Assembly: GCF_032444005.1 (NCBI RefSeq)
Contig: NC_091282.1
Coordinates: 1,149,604,001 to 1,149,668,000, forward strand
Length of the DNA: 64,000 bases
Origin: Ranitomeya imitator
Taxonomy: Eukaryota
Direction: 5' to 3'
Shown here: piece after piece, positions 36,331-48,689 of the stretch
Layout of the letters: each line of letters opens with the position of its first letter
Position numbering within the stretch: the stretch's first letter is position 1
Translations under genes and position numbers: made by a program
The notes under the pieces: generated by a model
The model's input: the letters and a program-made list of their open reading frames with translations, nothing else
What the model was told of the DNA's origin: nothing
The model's database searches: none

Positions 36331-36667
36331 CATAGTTGAGCGAATATGATCGCCTCCCTCATTGTCAAGCTATCAAGCTTGCAGACTAGTTGCATATGGA
36401 ACGCGACTTCATGTAGCGCGCTGGTTGAAGCATTTTTCTTCCCCCGCAGCTGCATGTGCCGCGGCTGTGTGACAGGCAATACACATGAATGGCGAGGCCA
36501 ACAAATAGGCTTGGGTTGTGCATGTGTTCTGGCTGTCACACAGTCTCGGAACATGCGGCTGCGGTGGATGAAAAAAAATCCCCAACCTAGGAAGCTAGCT
36601 TCCATATGCTAGTAGTCGGCAAGTGTTTTTTTCCAAGGAGGGAGCCGATCATGTTTGATCAACTCTA
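36331..36667. mobile_element. Degenerate hAT-type MITE inside the Harbinger
   Basis: Imperfect ~70-bp inverted ends resembling TAGAGTTGAGCGAA. The candidate TSD is poor (5/8). Confidence 0.5.
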
Positions 36668-36717
36668 GTGCCTTAACACTCTTGAACTCTGGATGATGGA
36701 AAACATCTTGATTCAAA

Positions 36718-37628
36718 TAGTGCCATCACACTCGCAGTATTTGCTCAGTATTTTACTTTTGTATTTTTAACCCAAAACCAGGAGTGGAACAAACAGAGGA
36801 AAAGTATAGAAACATATGCCCCACTTCTGTATTTATCACCCACTCCTGGTTTTGGCTTAAGGTTCCTTCACACTGAATGATATCGCTAGCGATCCGTGAC
36901 GTTGCAGCGTCCTGGCTAGCGATATCGTTCATTTTGACAGGCAGCAGCGATCAGGATCCTGCTGTGCCATCGTTGGTCAGAGCAGAAAGTCCAGAACTTT
37001 ATTTCGTCGCTGGACCTCCTGCAGACATCGCTGAATTGGCGTGTGTGATGCCGATTCAGCGATGTCTTCACTGGTAACCAGGGTAAACATCGGGTTAGTA
37101 AGCGCGGCCCTGCGCTTAGTAACCCGATGTTTACCCTGGTTACCAGGGGACCGGCATCGTTGGTTGCTGGAGAGCTGTCTGTGTGACAGCTCTCCAGCGA
37201 CCAAACAGCGACGCTGCAGCGATCGGGATCGTTGTCTAGATCGCTGCAGTGTCGCTAAATGTGACGGTAATTTAACAAATACTGATGATATTTACTGAAC
37301 AAATACTGCAAGTGTGACGGCAGCCTAAACATACTTGAAGGTAATGGGTCAGGTGAGGTGGTAGCAATTGTCACGTGGCCAAGTGTGACAATTGCTACCA
37401 CCTCACCTGACCCATTACCTTCAGGTATGTTTAGGCTGCCGTCACACTTGCAGTATTTGTTCAGTAAATATCATCAGTACTTGTAAGCCAAAACCAGGAG
37501 TGGGTGATAAATACAGAAGTGGGGCATATGTTTCTATACTTTTCCTCTGTTTGCTCCACTCCTGGTTTTGGCTTAAAAATATAAAAGTAAAATACTGACC
37601 AAATACTGCGAGTGTGACGGCAGCCTAA
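36718..37628. repeat. Large palindrome: two inverted ~190-bp MITE copies around a 108-bp hairpin; left arm interrupted by a MITE
   Basis: Right copy 37434-37625 (GGCTGCCGTCACACT...AGTGTGACGGCAGCC). The left copy is its reverse complement. Central arms 37326-37374 and 37385-37433 differ at one position. Confidence 0.9.
36860..37272. mobile_element. Harbinger-type MITE (short form of 12905-13630)
   Basis: Homologous to both ends of 12905-13630. Inserted at the TTA of GGCTTACAAAT, as shown by the uninterrupted mirror arm. Confidence 0.85.
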
Positions 37629-37871
37629 AAATTGTAATATTGTCTCTGTTTGTGTTTCACATCTCATAGTACAATTAAAGACACTAAAAAAAATAAAAAA
37701 TTACAAAAATTTATAAAAAAAAGTGTCTCGGACATTGCAGATATGAGGTGTGAAGAACCTTAGATGTGTACATGGCGCACGGTGTGAGTTGCCGGCAACA
37801 CTAATAAACATCAATTTATTTTAAAAAATAAACTTTTTTATTGAGGGGACAAAAGAAAAAAAGGGGAAATA

Positions 37872-40426
37872 TTAAGGGGTATCAACGTCCGCCACTAAGG
37901 GCGACTCATAACCACCGGTTCGGGAGTATGTAGGGGAGGGGGTGGAGTAGGAGGAGGTCGAAGCATAATCGAGGATGCTCGAAGGTATCTCCGACCACCC
38001 TGTGGCCGTCGGTGGTGTGATCCTTGGTGTTGTGGCCCTTGGTGATGACATTGTCAACTCATGAAGGGGGGGAGGTTGCACAACCAGTGTCCGTGTTCCG
38101 GTAGACAGGCTCTGGCTACTCCAGTTCCGGCTTGAACCAGGCCGAGAGCTCGGTGTTGTTGTAGGAACTGCCAGAGCCGCCGTAGCTGTACGTGTTTTTC
38201 TCTTTTTTGGTTTCCCTCTGGTTCTTCCTCCGCAGCCCGTCTTTGTGTTCTTGAGGGCCTGGCTTTAGCACGCCTCGGCGGCGATGGTGCGATGGTGTCG
38301 GTGTCGGTGTCCCTCAGCACCCGGAACTCGGTAGAGTGGCTCTGCAGCAGGACTAGGAGTCATGCTTACCAGCGTTGGAACTACTGGCATTGTAGTTGCC
38401 GACTGCTTTATCCAAGCCTGCTGCAGAGCACTCACATAGGCATTGTTGCAGGCCTGCATCACCAAAATCTGGAGTTCCGGCGTAAGGTGTTCCACCATGC
38501 CCTTAGCTATTGTGCTAAAAAAAGTTTCACCGGCTTCATGAGCTCGGATTCCATTGAATCAAGGCGCCGGTCGATAGTGGCCAGAGCAGTGTCTATCCTA
38601 TCTCCCAGCACATTGAAGCAAGTTTGAAAAACCATGCCCAAGTGAAAATATTCGGGGATTAGCGGCCTGTCCGAGGCCCGCTGACGCTGTCGGGAATAAC
38701 CGAAAGAAGGAGCGACAGAGGCCTCGGCCAGGGGAACACCTGATGTACTGGCTGCCGGTTCTCCAGATGGTGGTGCAAGCCTGCTCACGCTGTGGGATGG
38801 CTGTGACGGGTCTGATGGCGATTCCTGAAGGACCGCTCCAGATGGACGAACAGGCTCAAGGGTGCTGCTGTGTGTTCTGTGAAAACATAATCCAAAAATT
38901 AGTATACAAAATCAAAAATTTTACATTCGCCACCTCCTGTGTAAGAAAAAGTTAACATAGCATCACACAATACTATTGTAAAGGGTCAGGTCTGTCTGTC
39001 AGTCTGTCTGTCCTTCAGTAACCGTTATTCGCTGTTTGTTCTGTACAGCTGGCTGTCATGGCTGACGCAAACAATCAGCAACGGGCACAGTCCTGATTAA
39101 AATGGCCGCTCCTTACTCCACCCCACGCAGTGAATGCCTGTCGCCCGCATACTCCCTTCGCCGCGGGTTAAATCCGTTGCCAATGTTAAACCTAGATGTC
39201 ACCAACGTTTTAATATTGATGCCGCATCAATATTAAAAAATGTAAAAATGTAGATTTCCAAAATAACTTGGGTACACTCACCCTCCGTAGACGTTTGTGA
39301 CGGTCATCATGGTTTACGCTTATCGACGGACCTGCCCTAACGTCACGGTCAATAGACTACGCCACTGTGAAATATTGTACGTGGCTGGGCAATATACTAT
39401 GTGTCTCTGGGATGTAGACTACGTCACTGGGCAATATACTATGTGTCTCTGGGATGTAGACTACGCCACTGGGCAATATACAAAGTGGCTGGGCAATATA
39501 CTACATGGATGGACAATATACTACGTGAACATGTGTTGTACAATACCCGATGTGTTTGAATAGGTCAATACTTACTCTCGGCGGCCAAGGATCGGTCTCA
39601 TGAACTGTAGTAGTCTTGCGAACTTATATGTTGTTGTCCTTGCCGCAGCAGCACCACTTCGAGCCTGTTCCTCCTCCTTACGCAGGAATTTATTGAAACG
39701 GTCCTTCATGGAACGCCATCTTGTCTTCAATTTTTTGACTGTGAAAAAGGCAAAAGAAAATTTAGAGATTGAAAATGTACAAGGATCAAACAACCATGTG
39801 CGGTGCAACAAACTTGCAGGAGTTGATCACATCGCACACGGTTGTGTATCCTGGCCTGTAGGGTCATAGCGTAGTCTCAGCAATACTTACCAAAGTTTCC
39901 TTTGTCCGTGGCTGAAGCGCTGTCAAAGCCATCCCACAGCAATTTTGCCACCTGATTCCAAAGGCGCCTCAAAACAACCTGGTCCGTGTGCCGAGGGTCA
40001 CGGCTGTCCCACAACGGGCCTCGCTCCTGGATACAGGCGACCATCATGTCGACGTCTATGGACTCCTGTGGGTCCCGTCGTGGAACCTAGAATAATTGTT
40101 AAACATTAATGTTTGCAAGTGAAATACAAATATTCACCCACCCCCTCCACACAACCCCCCCAAAAAAAAAGGTTTAACCATTAAAAACATTCCTATGTTG
40201 TTTTGAAAAATACTTACTCACCGGCTTGCCACCACAACTTGGCCCCGAGGTCGCTGCTCCTGCTGGTTCTCTTCTTCCTCCTCATTTGGAGAAGCCTGGA
40301 AAATAGATTACAAAAAATGTACTGACACGTGTACAAATACAACAAATAGTTAACAACAGTAGATCAGGTACTTACCGAACACCCCAGCGGTGTTGTGTGG
40401 TTCGAGTGGTTCGAGTCGCTGGCCAT
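37872..40426 (-). pseudogene. Harbinger MADF/Myb-SANT-like DNA-binding protein gene, 5 coding exons, frameshifted
   Basis: Predicted exons 40426-40376, 40295-40222, 40086-39891, 39738-39576 and 38876-~37872, all with GT-AG sites. MADF signature IDVDMMVACIQERGPLWDSRD...RRLW..VA...KKLKTRWRSMKDRF. Phase mismatch at exon 2/3 and frameshifts in the last exon. Confidence 0.85.
39355..39530. repeat. 42-bp minisatellite in a MADF-gene intron
   Basis: CTGGGCAATATA at 39385, 39427 and 39469. Confidence 0.8.
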
Positions 40427-40789
40427 GGTCAAGATAAATTCTGCAAGGAAAAATAAAAAAAAAAATATTACATTAACAGAATGCACATTAGCCACATAGC
40501 AGAAAATATTTAAAAAACCATACATAAACATTACTACCACAACGAACAGAGCACTCATAGTACAAAGCCAACTGAACACGCGCTGAGCAAACAACACCGC
40601 CATACATTGAAAAGAAAAACAATGGCAGAGACGGCACAATGGCAGAGTACAGCAAAAACAGAACACAACAGTCCCAGAAAAGATACCAAAAAAAACAGAC
40701 AACAGCCCTTATGTACAAATTAAAAAAAATATATATATATATATTTATTTTAAGAAAAAAAGGCACAAGCCAAGGCAATCCATAATAAA

Positions 40790-41520
40790 ACAACATATTT
40801 TACTATTTTCTTTGAAATAAAGAAAGCCGAGATAACGTAAACTAAGAACCCCAGAAACACATCAGAACCGGATAAGAAAAAATACATTTGTATTAAAAAA
40901 AAAAACAGTGGAACAACCGCATGCAATACATAACAGCCCCAAACAAATATTAAGCACCATATAATCATTGAAAAACACAAAATAAAACACCCAACAAAAA
41001 AAGGGAAAAGAAAAGTAAATCCTGGATAGACCACCATACTTTTCAATAAAACCAACAAGGCTGGAGACAATGAAACGCCACCATATAACGGCAGAAATAC
41101 ATCACAACCAGAATTAAAAAACAGCCAATTTCCATAAAACAACAACAGTATCAGGAATAATAAATCCACACATTGCAATAAACATTTTTAAATAATAAAA
41201 CACAAAGAAAATGTACAAAATCCATTCTACATCTCTTGTAAATATTAAGCGCCACAAAATCATAGAAAAAACCCAAAATAAAACACCCAACAAAAAAAGG
41301 GAAAAGAAAAGTAAATCCTGGATAGACCACCATACTTTACAATAAAACCAACAAGGCCGGAGACAATGAAACGCCACCATATAACGGCAGAAATACATCG
41401 CAACCAGAATAAAAAAAACAGCCAATTTCCATTAAACAACAGCAGTATATCCGGAATAAAGTACAGTACAAGATCCACCAATTGCAATGAACAAAATAAA
41501 ACACAAAGAAAATGCGCAGA
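40790..41520. repeat. ~296-bp tandem duplication (two good copies and one degenerate)
   Basis: CCTGGATAGACCACCATAC at 41021 and 41317. Confidence 0.8.
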
Positions 41521-42679
41521 TTCCATGCTATACTTACATCTCTTGAAGAGCTTGTCTGGTGTTGTCTGGTGTGTCTTCAATGCTTGAGTCAAACTGGCAA
41601 ACAATGCTTCAACCTTTATTTTATATCTGGGTTGTTTTTGTCACCGTCTAGACACCGTCTAGACACTTTATCTTGATTTTAATTAAAAAACGCATGCGTC
41701 GCAAAACGCGCTGCAACGCAAGCACTTGCGTCATCTGTGTCGTCAATTGGTTTCTATGGACTAAAAAACGCATTGATGACGCAAGGGCGATGCATGCGTT
41801 TTTTGAAAAAATTTCGCCGCTACAAAAATGCAACATGTAGCGTCGGCCGCGCCCCGGCAGGTGCGGCTAAACGACGCATGCGTCGGCAAACGCATTACAA
41901 CGCATACAAACGCATGTACTTGCGTCCCTAATGTTAAAGATAGGGGCGCACGACGCATGCGTTCATATGCGTCGACGACGCTGCGGCGAAAGACGCAAAT
42001 GTGAACGTAGCCTAACAGGACAGAAGTATATTTACTTTGTGAGAATTTGAATCTCCCCTTTTTTGGGGGGAGACTGAACCACAACTTAGGCCAAGTGTAT
42101 ATAACAACGCAATCTAAGTGGCAGAAAGTGGCTGGCTGATATACCACAAACTAACAGGACAGAAGTATATCCACTTTGTGAGAATTTGAATCTCACTTTT
42201 TTGGGGGGAGACTGAACCAAAACTCAGGCCCAGTGTGTAAAGCAACACAATATAAGTGGCAGAAAGTGGCTGGAAGATATATGAAAAAAATACAAGGACT
42301 GTAGTACAATTTCAATCTCCCTACCATGATCTCAGGAAAAGTATGGCAGCAATAAAAAGGACTGCTGCACACAAAAGTGTGGACAAATAAACAAGATAAC
42401 TGTGCAGAAAGGAGCAACAGGATTTTTGCTTTTAAAAAAGCAGTTGGTTTGCACAGCGGCGTGCAAACAGCAATGCAGCTATCAAGGAGCCTTAAAAGGC
42501 AGCCTAATAATCTACAGAGCTGATGCACAAAAATATAGCCTCCACTGTCCCTGCAAACAAATGGTGGTGTTGGACAGAGGAAATCGTCACAGCACAAGCA
42601 GTTTCAGGGCTTAATCTTCCCTCCCTAACTTTATCCTTTCTTCTGATGAAGCTGCGGCAACCTCTCCCTATGCTGCGAT

Positions 42680-42840
42680 CGGCAGAAGTAAGATGGCGGT
42701 CGGCATGCACGCCCCTTTATAGCCCCTGTGACGCCGCAAAAAGCAAGCCAATCACTGTCATGCCCTTCTCTAATATGGTGGGGACCGAGACCTTTGTCAT
42801 CACGCTGCCCACACTCTGCGTCCTCCTTCATTGGCTGAAA
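42680..42840 (-). promoter_or_regulatory. Predicted Pol II promoter of the hAT transposase
   Basis: Minus-strand CCAAT (~42830), TATAAAG (42721-42715) and a YY1/Inr-like CGCCATCTT ~25 nt downstream. Motif-based inference only. Confidence 0.55.
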
Positions 42841-42997
42841 AATGGCGCTGAAAGCATCATGCGAAACGCGACTTTGGCGCGAAGATCGCTGACCTCATGG
42901 CCGATCCCACACTAGGATCGGGTTGGGTTTCATGAAACCCGACTTTGCCGAAAGTTGGCGATTTTTGAATTTGTCCAATCCGTTTCGCTCAACCCTA

Positions 42998-43428
42998 CTG
43001 TTTTTTAAGCCTATGTGTGTTTTCCAGTACTCTGAGAAATAAATTATTAGCATCAACCATCTTGGTGCCATTTCTAGGACCCACATTTTTTTTCTGGACT
43101 AGTGTGTGTTTTTTAGTAGTCTGGAAAATATATAATTTGCATCACCTGTCTCGTTGACATTTCTAGGTTCAAAAAACAATTTTTCTAGACTAATGTTTGT
43201 TTTTTTAAGCAAACTAGAAGGAAAATATTTGGTATCAGCCATGTAGTTGCCATTTCCACGCCCCAAACATATTTTTTCTGCACTAGTATGTGTTTTTTAG
43301 CAGTCTGGGAAATAAATAATTGGAATCAACCATTTTGCTGCCATTTCTAATCCCCAAAAATTATTTTTATGGACTAGTGTGTGTTTTTTAGAAGTCTGGG
43401 AAATAAATAATGGACATCAACCGTGGCT
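42998..43428. repeat. Degenerate AT-rich repeats (~60-65 bp sub-units) of an older element
   Basis: Reverse complement of the AAATGGCAACAAGATGGCTGATG-type repeats at 47650-48590. Confidence 0.6.
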
Positions 43429-43464
43429 TTAACCCCTTAGTGACAGAGCCAATTTGGTACTTAA

Positions 43465-43794
43465 AGGGACACTGTCACCTGGATTTGGAGGGAACAATCT
43501 TCAGCCATGGAGGCGGGGTTTTTGGGTTTTTGATTCACCCTTTCCTTACCCACTGGCTGCATGCTGGCTGCAATATTGGATTGAAGTTCATTCTCTGTCC
43601 TCCGTAGTACACGCCTGCGCAAGGCAAGATTGCACCTTGTGCAGGCATGTACTACGGCGGACAGAGAATGAACTTCAATCCAATATTGCAGCCAGCATGC
43701 AGCCAGTGGGTAAGGAAAGGGTGAATCAAAAACCCAAAAACCCCGCCTCCATGGCTGAAGATTGTTCCCTCCAAATTCAGGTGACAGTGTCCCT
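43465..43794. mobile_element. Kolobok/T2-type MITE, an almost fully palindromic 330 bp
   Basis: TTAA|AGGGACACTGTCACCTG...CAGGTGACAGTGTCCCT|TTAA. Absent from the equivalent site in copy A. Confidence 0.9.
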
Positions 43795-46222
43795 TTAATG
43801 ACCGAGCCAATTTTTGCAATTCTGACCACTGTCACTTTATGAGGTTATAACTCTGGAACGCTTCAACGGATCCCGCTGATTCTGAGATTGTTTTTTCATG
43901 ACATATTGTACTTCATGATAGTGGTAACATTTCTTCGATATTACTTGCGATTATTTATGAAAAAAATGGAAATATGGCGAAAATTTTTAAAATTTAGCAA
44001 TTTTCAAAATTTGTTTTTTTATGCCCTTAAATCAGAGAGATATGTCACAAAAAATAGTTAATAAATAACATTTCCCACATGTCTACTTTACATCAGCACA
44101 ATTTTGGAAACAAAATTTTTTTTTGTTAGGGAGTTATAAGGGTTAAAAGTTGACCAGCAATTTCTCCTTTTTACAACACCTTTTTTTTTTAGGGACCACA
44201 TCACATTTGAAGTCATTTTGAGGGGTCTATATGATAGAAAATAATGAAGTTTGACACCATTCTAAAAACTACACCCCTCAAGGTTCTCAAAACCACATTC
44301 AAGAAGTTTATTAACCCTTTACGTGCTTCACAGGAACTGAAACAATGTGGAAGGAAAAAATGAACATTCAACTTTTTTTTGCAAACATTTTAATTCAGAA
44401 CCATTTTTTTTATTTTCACAAGTGTAAAAACAGAAATGTAACCATGAATTTTGTTATGTAATTTCTCCTGAATATGCCAATACCCCATATGTGGGGGTAA
44501 ACCACTGTTTGGGCGCACCGCAGAACTTGGAAGTGAAGGAGTGCCGTTTTACTTTTTCAATGTAGAATTGTCTGGAATTGAGATTGGACGCCATGTCGCG
44601 TTTGGAGAGCCCCTGATGTGCCTAAACAGTGGAAACCCCCCACAAGTGACACCATTTTGGAAACTAGACCACTTAAAGAACTTATGTAGATGTGTGGTGA
44701 GCACTTTGCACCCCCATGTGCTTCACAGAAGTTTATAACGTTGAGCCGTGAAAATAAAAAAATCGCATTTTTTCTAAAAAAATGATTTTTTGCCCCCAAA
44801 TTTTTATTTTCACAAGGGTAACAAGAGAAATTAGACCACAAAAGTTGTAGTGCAATTTCTCCTGAGTACGTCGATACCCAATATGTGGGGGTAAACCACT
44901 GTTTGGGTGCACCGCAGAGATTGGAAGAGAAGGAGTGCTGTTTTACTTTTTCAATGTAGAATTGTCTGGAATTGAGATCGGACGCCATGTCGCGTTTGGA
45001 GAGCCCCCCACAAGAGACCCGATTTTAGAAACTAGACCCCCCATGGAGCTTGTCTAGATGTGTGGTGAGAACTTTGAATGCCCAAGTGCTTTACAGAAGT
45101 TTAGAATGCAGAGTCGTGAAAATAAAAAAATATTTTTTTTTCCACAAAAAAGATTTTGTAGCCCCCAAGTTTTTATTTTCACAAGGGTAACAGGAGAAAT
45201 TGGACCCCAAAAGTTGTTGTCCAATTTATCCCGAGTACGCTGATGCCCCATATGTGGGGGTAACCCATTGTTTGGGCGCACGGCAGAGCTCAGAAGGGAG
45301 GGAGCACCATTTGACTTTTTGAGCGCAAAATTGGCTGTCGTGTTTGGAGACCCCCTGATGTAACTAAACAGTGGAAACCCCCCAATTCTAGCTCCAACCC
45401 TAACCCCAACACACCCCTAACCCTAAACCCAACCCGATCCATAATCCTGATCACTAACCCTAACGATAATCACAACCCTTACCCCAAAGCAACCCTAATG
45501 TAAACCTTAACCATAACCCTAATCAAAACCCTAAATCCAACACACCCCTAATCCTAATCTCAACCCTAACCTCAAACCTAACCCTAATCCCAATACACCC
45601 CTAATCACAACCCTAACCTTAACCCTAATCCCAAACCTAACCCTAATCCCAAGCGTAACCCTAATGCCAACCCTATCCCTAATACCAACTCTAATCCAAA
45701 CCCTAACCCCAAATCTAACCCTAACTTTAGCCCCAACCCTAGCCCTAACTTTAGCCCCAACCCTAACCCTAGCCCTAAGGCTACTTTCACACTTGCGTCG
45801 TTTGGCATCCGTCGCAATCCGTCGTTTTGGACAAAAAACGGATCCTCCAAATGTGCCAGCAGGATGCGTTTTTTTTCCCATAGACTTGTATTGCCGACGG
45901 ACCGTGACGGATGGCCACACGTCGCGTCTGTCGTGCACTGGATCAGTTGTGTTTTGGCGGACCATCGGCACAAAAAACGTTCAATGTAACGTTTTTTTGT
46001 ACGTCGCGTCCGCCATTTCTGACCGTGCATGCGAGGCCGTAACTCCGCCCCCTCCTCCCCAGGACATAGATTGGGCAGCGGATGCGTTGAAAAACTACAT
46101 CCGCTGCCCACGTTGTGCACAATTTTCACAACGTGCGTCGGTATGTCGGGCTGACGCATTGCGACGGCCCCGTACCGACGTAACTGTGAAAGAACTCTAA
46201 CCCTGAATTTAGCCCCAACCCT

Positions 46223-46454
46223 NNNNNNNNNNNNNNNNNNNNNNNNNNNNNNNNNNNNNNNNNNNNNNNNNNNNNNNNNNNNNNNNNNNNNNNNNNNNNN
46301 NNNNNNNNNNNNNNNNNNNNNNNNNNNNNNNNNNNNNNNNNNNNNNNNNNNNNNNNNNNNNNNNNNNNNNNNNNNNNNNNNNNNNNNNNNNNNNNNNNNN
46401 NNNNNNNNNNNNNNNNNNNNNNNNNNNNNNNNNNNNNNNNNNNNNNNNNNNNNN
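46223..46454. other. Assembly gap (232 N)
   Basis: N run at the position homologous to the gap in copy A. Confidence 1.
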
Positions 46455-47499
46455 GCTCCTCTCCTGCCGGCCGGCAGATGGCGACAGATGGCGGGCGCAC
46501 TGCGCATGCGCCCGCCATTTTCTTTTGCCAAGAAGACCAGGAGGAGCAGCAGGAGGATCCAGGGACACCGGTAAGTATAATAGGGTCCCCGAATCCCCCT
46601 ATTTCTCTGTCCTCTGATGTGCGATCACATCAGAGGACAGAGAATTACACTTTGATTTTTTTTTTTTTTGCGGTCGCCGGTAAACAGTTAATTACCGGCG
46701 ATCGCAAAACAGGGGTCGGTGAAACCGACCCCGATCATGTTCTTTGGGGTCTCGGCTACCCCCGGCAGCCGAGACCCCAAAGATTCTAGCAGTGCCGGCC
46801 GCGCATGCGCCCACCATTTTGAAGATGGCGGCGCCCACCGGGAGCCACGAAGAGCACCGGGGTTGATAGGTGAGTATCGGGGGGCTACCTGGGACCCCTT
46901 TTCTCTGTCCTCTGATGTGCGATCACATCGGAGGACAGAGAAATTAAAAAGAAATCTCGTTTTTTGTTTTTTTTTGCGATCGCCGGTAAACGGTTAATTA
47001 CCGGTGATCGCAAATGCGGGGTCGGTAACCCCCCCCCCCCCCCCGAATCATGTTCTCTGGGGTCTCGGCTACCCCCGGCAGCTGAGACCTTGGAGAAAAT
47101 CCGACTCTGGGGGGCGCTATTTACTTTTTCCACAGGGCCGTTAATTAACGGTGCTGTGGTTTAAGTACCCTTAGCGGCCGCCATTAAAAGGCGTATCGGC
47201 GGTCGCTAAGGGGTTAAATCAGATACTGCGCATTACCTGTATGTGAACAGCACCCTATGCAAGCCGCTTTTGTGCAATCATATACTAAGCAGTCACCCCC
47301 TCCATAAATTGGTAGGCTTTGAGTGGTTTTCTTATCAGTAGTTTGCACCTGTGATGCCACCATCTTTACTACATGGGTTTGCTGCATCCTGAGAGTGCAT
47401 TCGTTCGGAGACCTGGGCACGTAAGCACTGCTGCCTATTTTCTGCTGTATTAATTCTTGAATTTTTGGAGGATTTTTAGTCCTCTTTTTGTGGCTTTGC

Positions 47500-48590
47500 T
47501 ATTAAGTTTAGTGCCCACAAATGGGAAAGAGACAGCTGCAGAGTAGAATTTTTTTACACACACTACTTGTAAAAAAGCGCTGCAGAGTACACTTATGTTT
47601 TACATAGACTAGTCACAAAAAACACTGCAGAGTACAAGTATTTTTTTTCACACCCTACTTGTATAGACACAGTGGTAAAGTAAAATTATTTGTTTGGCCT
47701 AGAAATTACAACGAAATGACTGATGTCAGTTATTTATTTGCAACACTATTCAAAAACACACAACGGTTTGGAGAAAACAAAATTTCTTTGGCCTATAAAT
47801 GGCAACAAGATGGCTGATGACATTTCTTTTTCCCAGTCTACTGTAAGACACACACCGGTTTTGAAAAATTATTTGTTTGGCCTATAAATGGCAATGACAT
47901 GGCTGATGCCAGTGATTTATTTGCCACACTACTGGAAAAGACTCTGCTGTACTAAAAAATTATTTATTTGGCCTACAGATGGTAACAAGATGTATAATGC
48001 AAATTATTTATTTGCCATACTACTAGGAAAGACACACTGGAACTGAAAATTTATTTATTTGGCATTTAAATGGCAACAAGATGGCTGATGTCAGTTATTT
48101 ATTTTCAACACTACTAGAAAAAATACAGTGTTACTGAAAAACTATTTCTTTGGCCTACAAATGGCAAAGATATGACTGATACTAATTATTTATTTGATAC
48201 ATTGCTAGAAAGGACACAGGGTTATTGAAAATGTATTTCTTTGACCTACGAATGACAATGAGATGGCTGATGCAAATAGGTTATTAATTAAAACACACAG
48301 CAGTCCTGAAAAAATATTTATTATTTATTTGGCCTATAATTGGCGACAAGATGGCCGATGACAATTATTTTTTTCACAAACTACTAGAAAACACTTTACA
48401 ATCCTGAAAAATTATTTGTTTGGCCTATAAATGGCAACCAGATGACTGATGCCAGTCATTTATTTGCAACACTACTAAGAAACTCATAGCCATCCTGAAA
48501 AATTATTTATTTGGCCTACTAATGCCAATGGGACGGCTGATGCCAATTATTTATTTTTCAGACTACTAGAAAACACACAGTGGCTTATTA
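47500..48590. repeat. Degenerate AT-rich tandem repeats
   Basis: Recurrent TTATTTATTTGGCCTA(T/C)AAATGGCAACAAGATGGCTGATG and CTGCAGAGTAC motifs. Confidence 0.75.
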
Positions 48591-48689
48591 GCTCTTCACA
48601 ACTCACATATGTCAACCTGATGTACTCTACACAATTCACAAATGCCACAACATTGTAAAATTCATATTCCAGGAAACACAATATCAATT

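Larger units (their letters stand above)
34220..42012 (+). mobile_element. Complete PIF/Harbinger transposon (7793 bp) with two convergent genes
   Basis: TIR GGCTACGTTCACATTTGCGTCTTTC(A/G)CCGCAG, TAA TSD (34217-34219 / 42013-42015), a DDE nuclease gene and a MADF/Myb-like gene. Confidence 0.96.
26795..42997 (-). mobile_element. Complete hAT transposon (16.2 kb; ~7.3 kb without nested insertions), related to the 1-12194 element
   Basis: TIRs TAGAGTTGAGCGA / TAGGGTTGAGCGA, 8-bp TSD CTGTCTTT / CTGTTTTT, and a GTCGGGTTTC subterminal motif at both ends. Confidence 0.93.
43433..47213 (-). mobile_element. piggyBac-like non-autonomous element, copy B (inverted relative to copy A)
   Basis: TTAA|CCCCTTAG...CTAAGGGG|TTAA. 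Same module order as copy A, with fewer ~390-bp units, a (CCCTAA)n-like array at ~45390-45778 and the MITE at 45779-46197. Confidence 0.88.
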
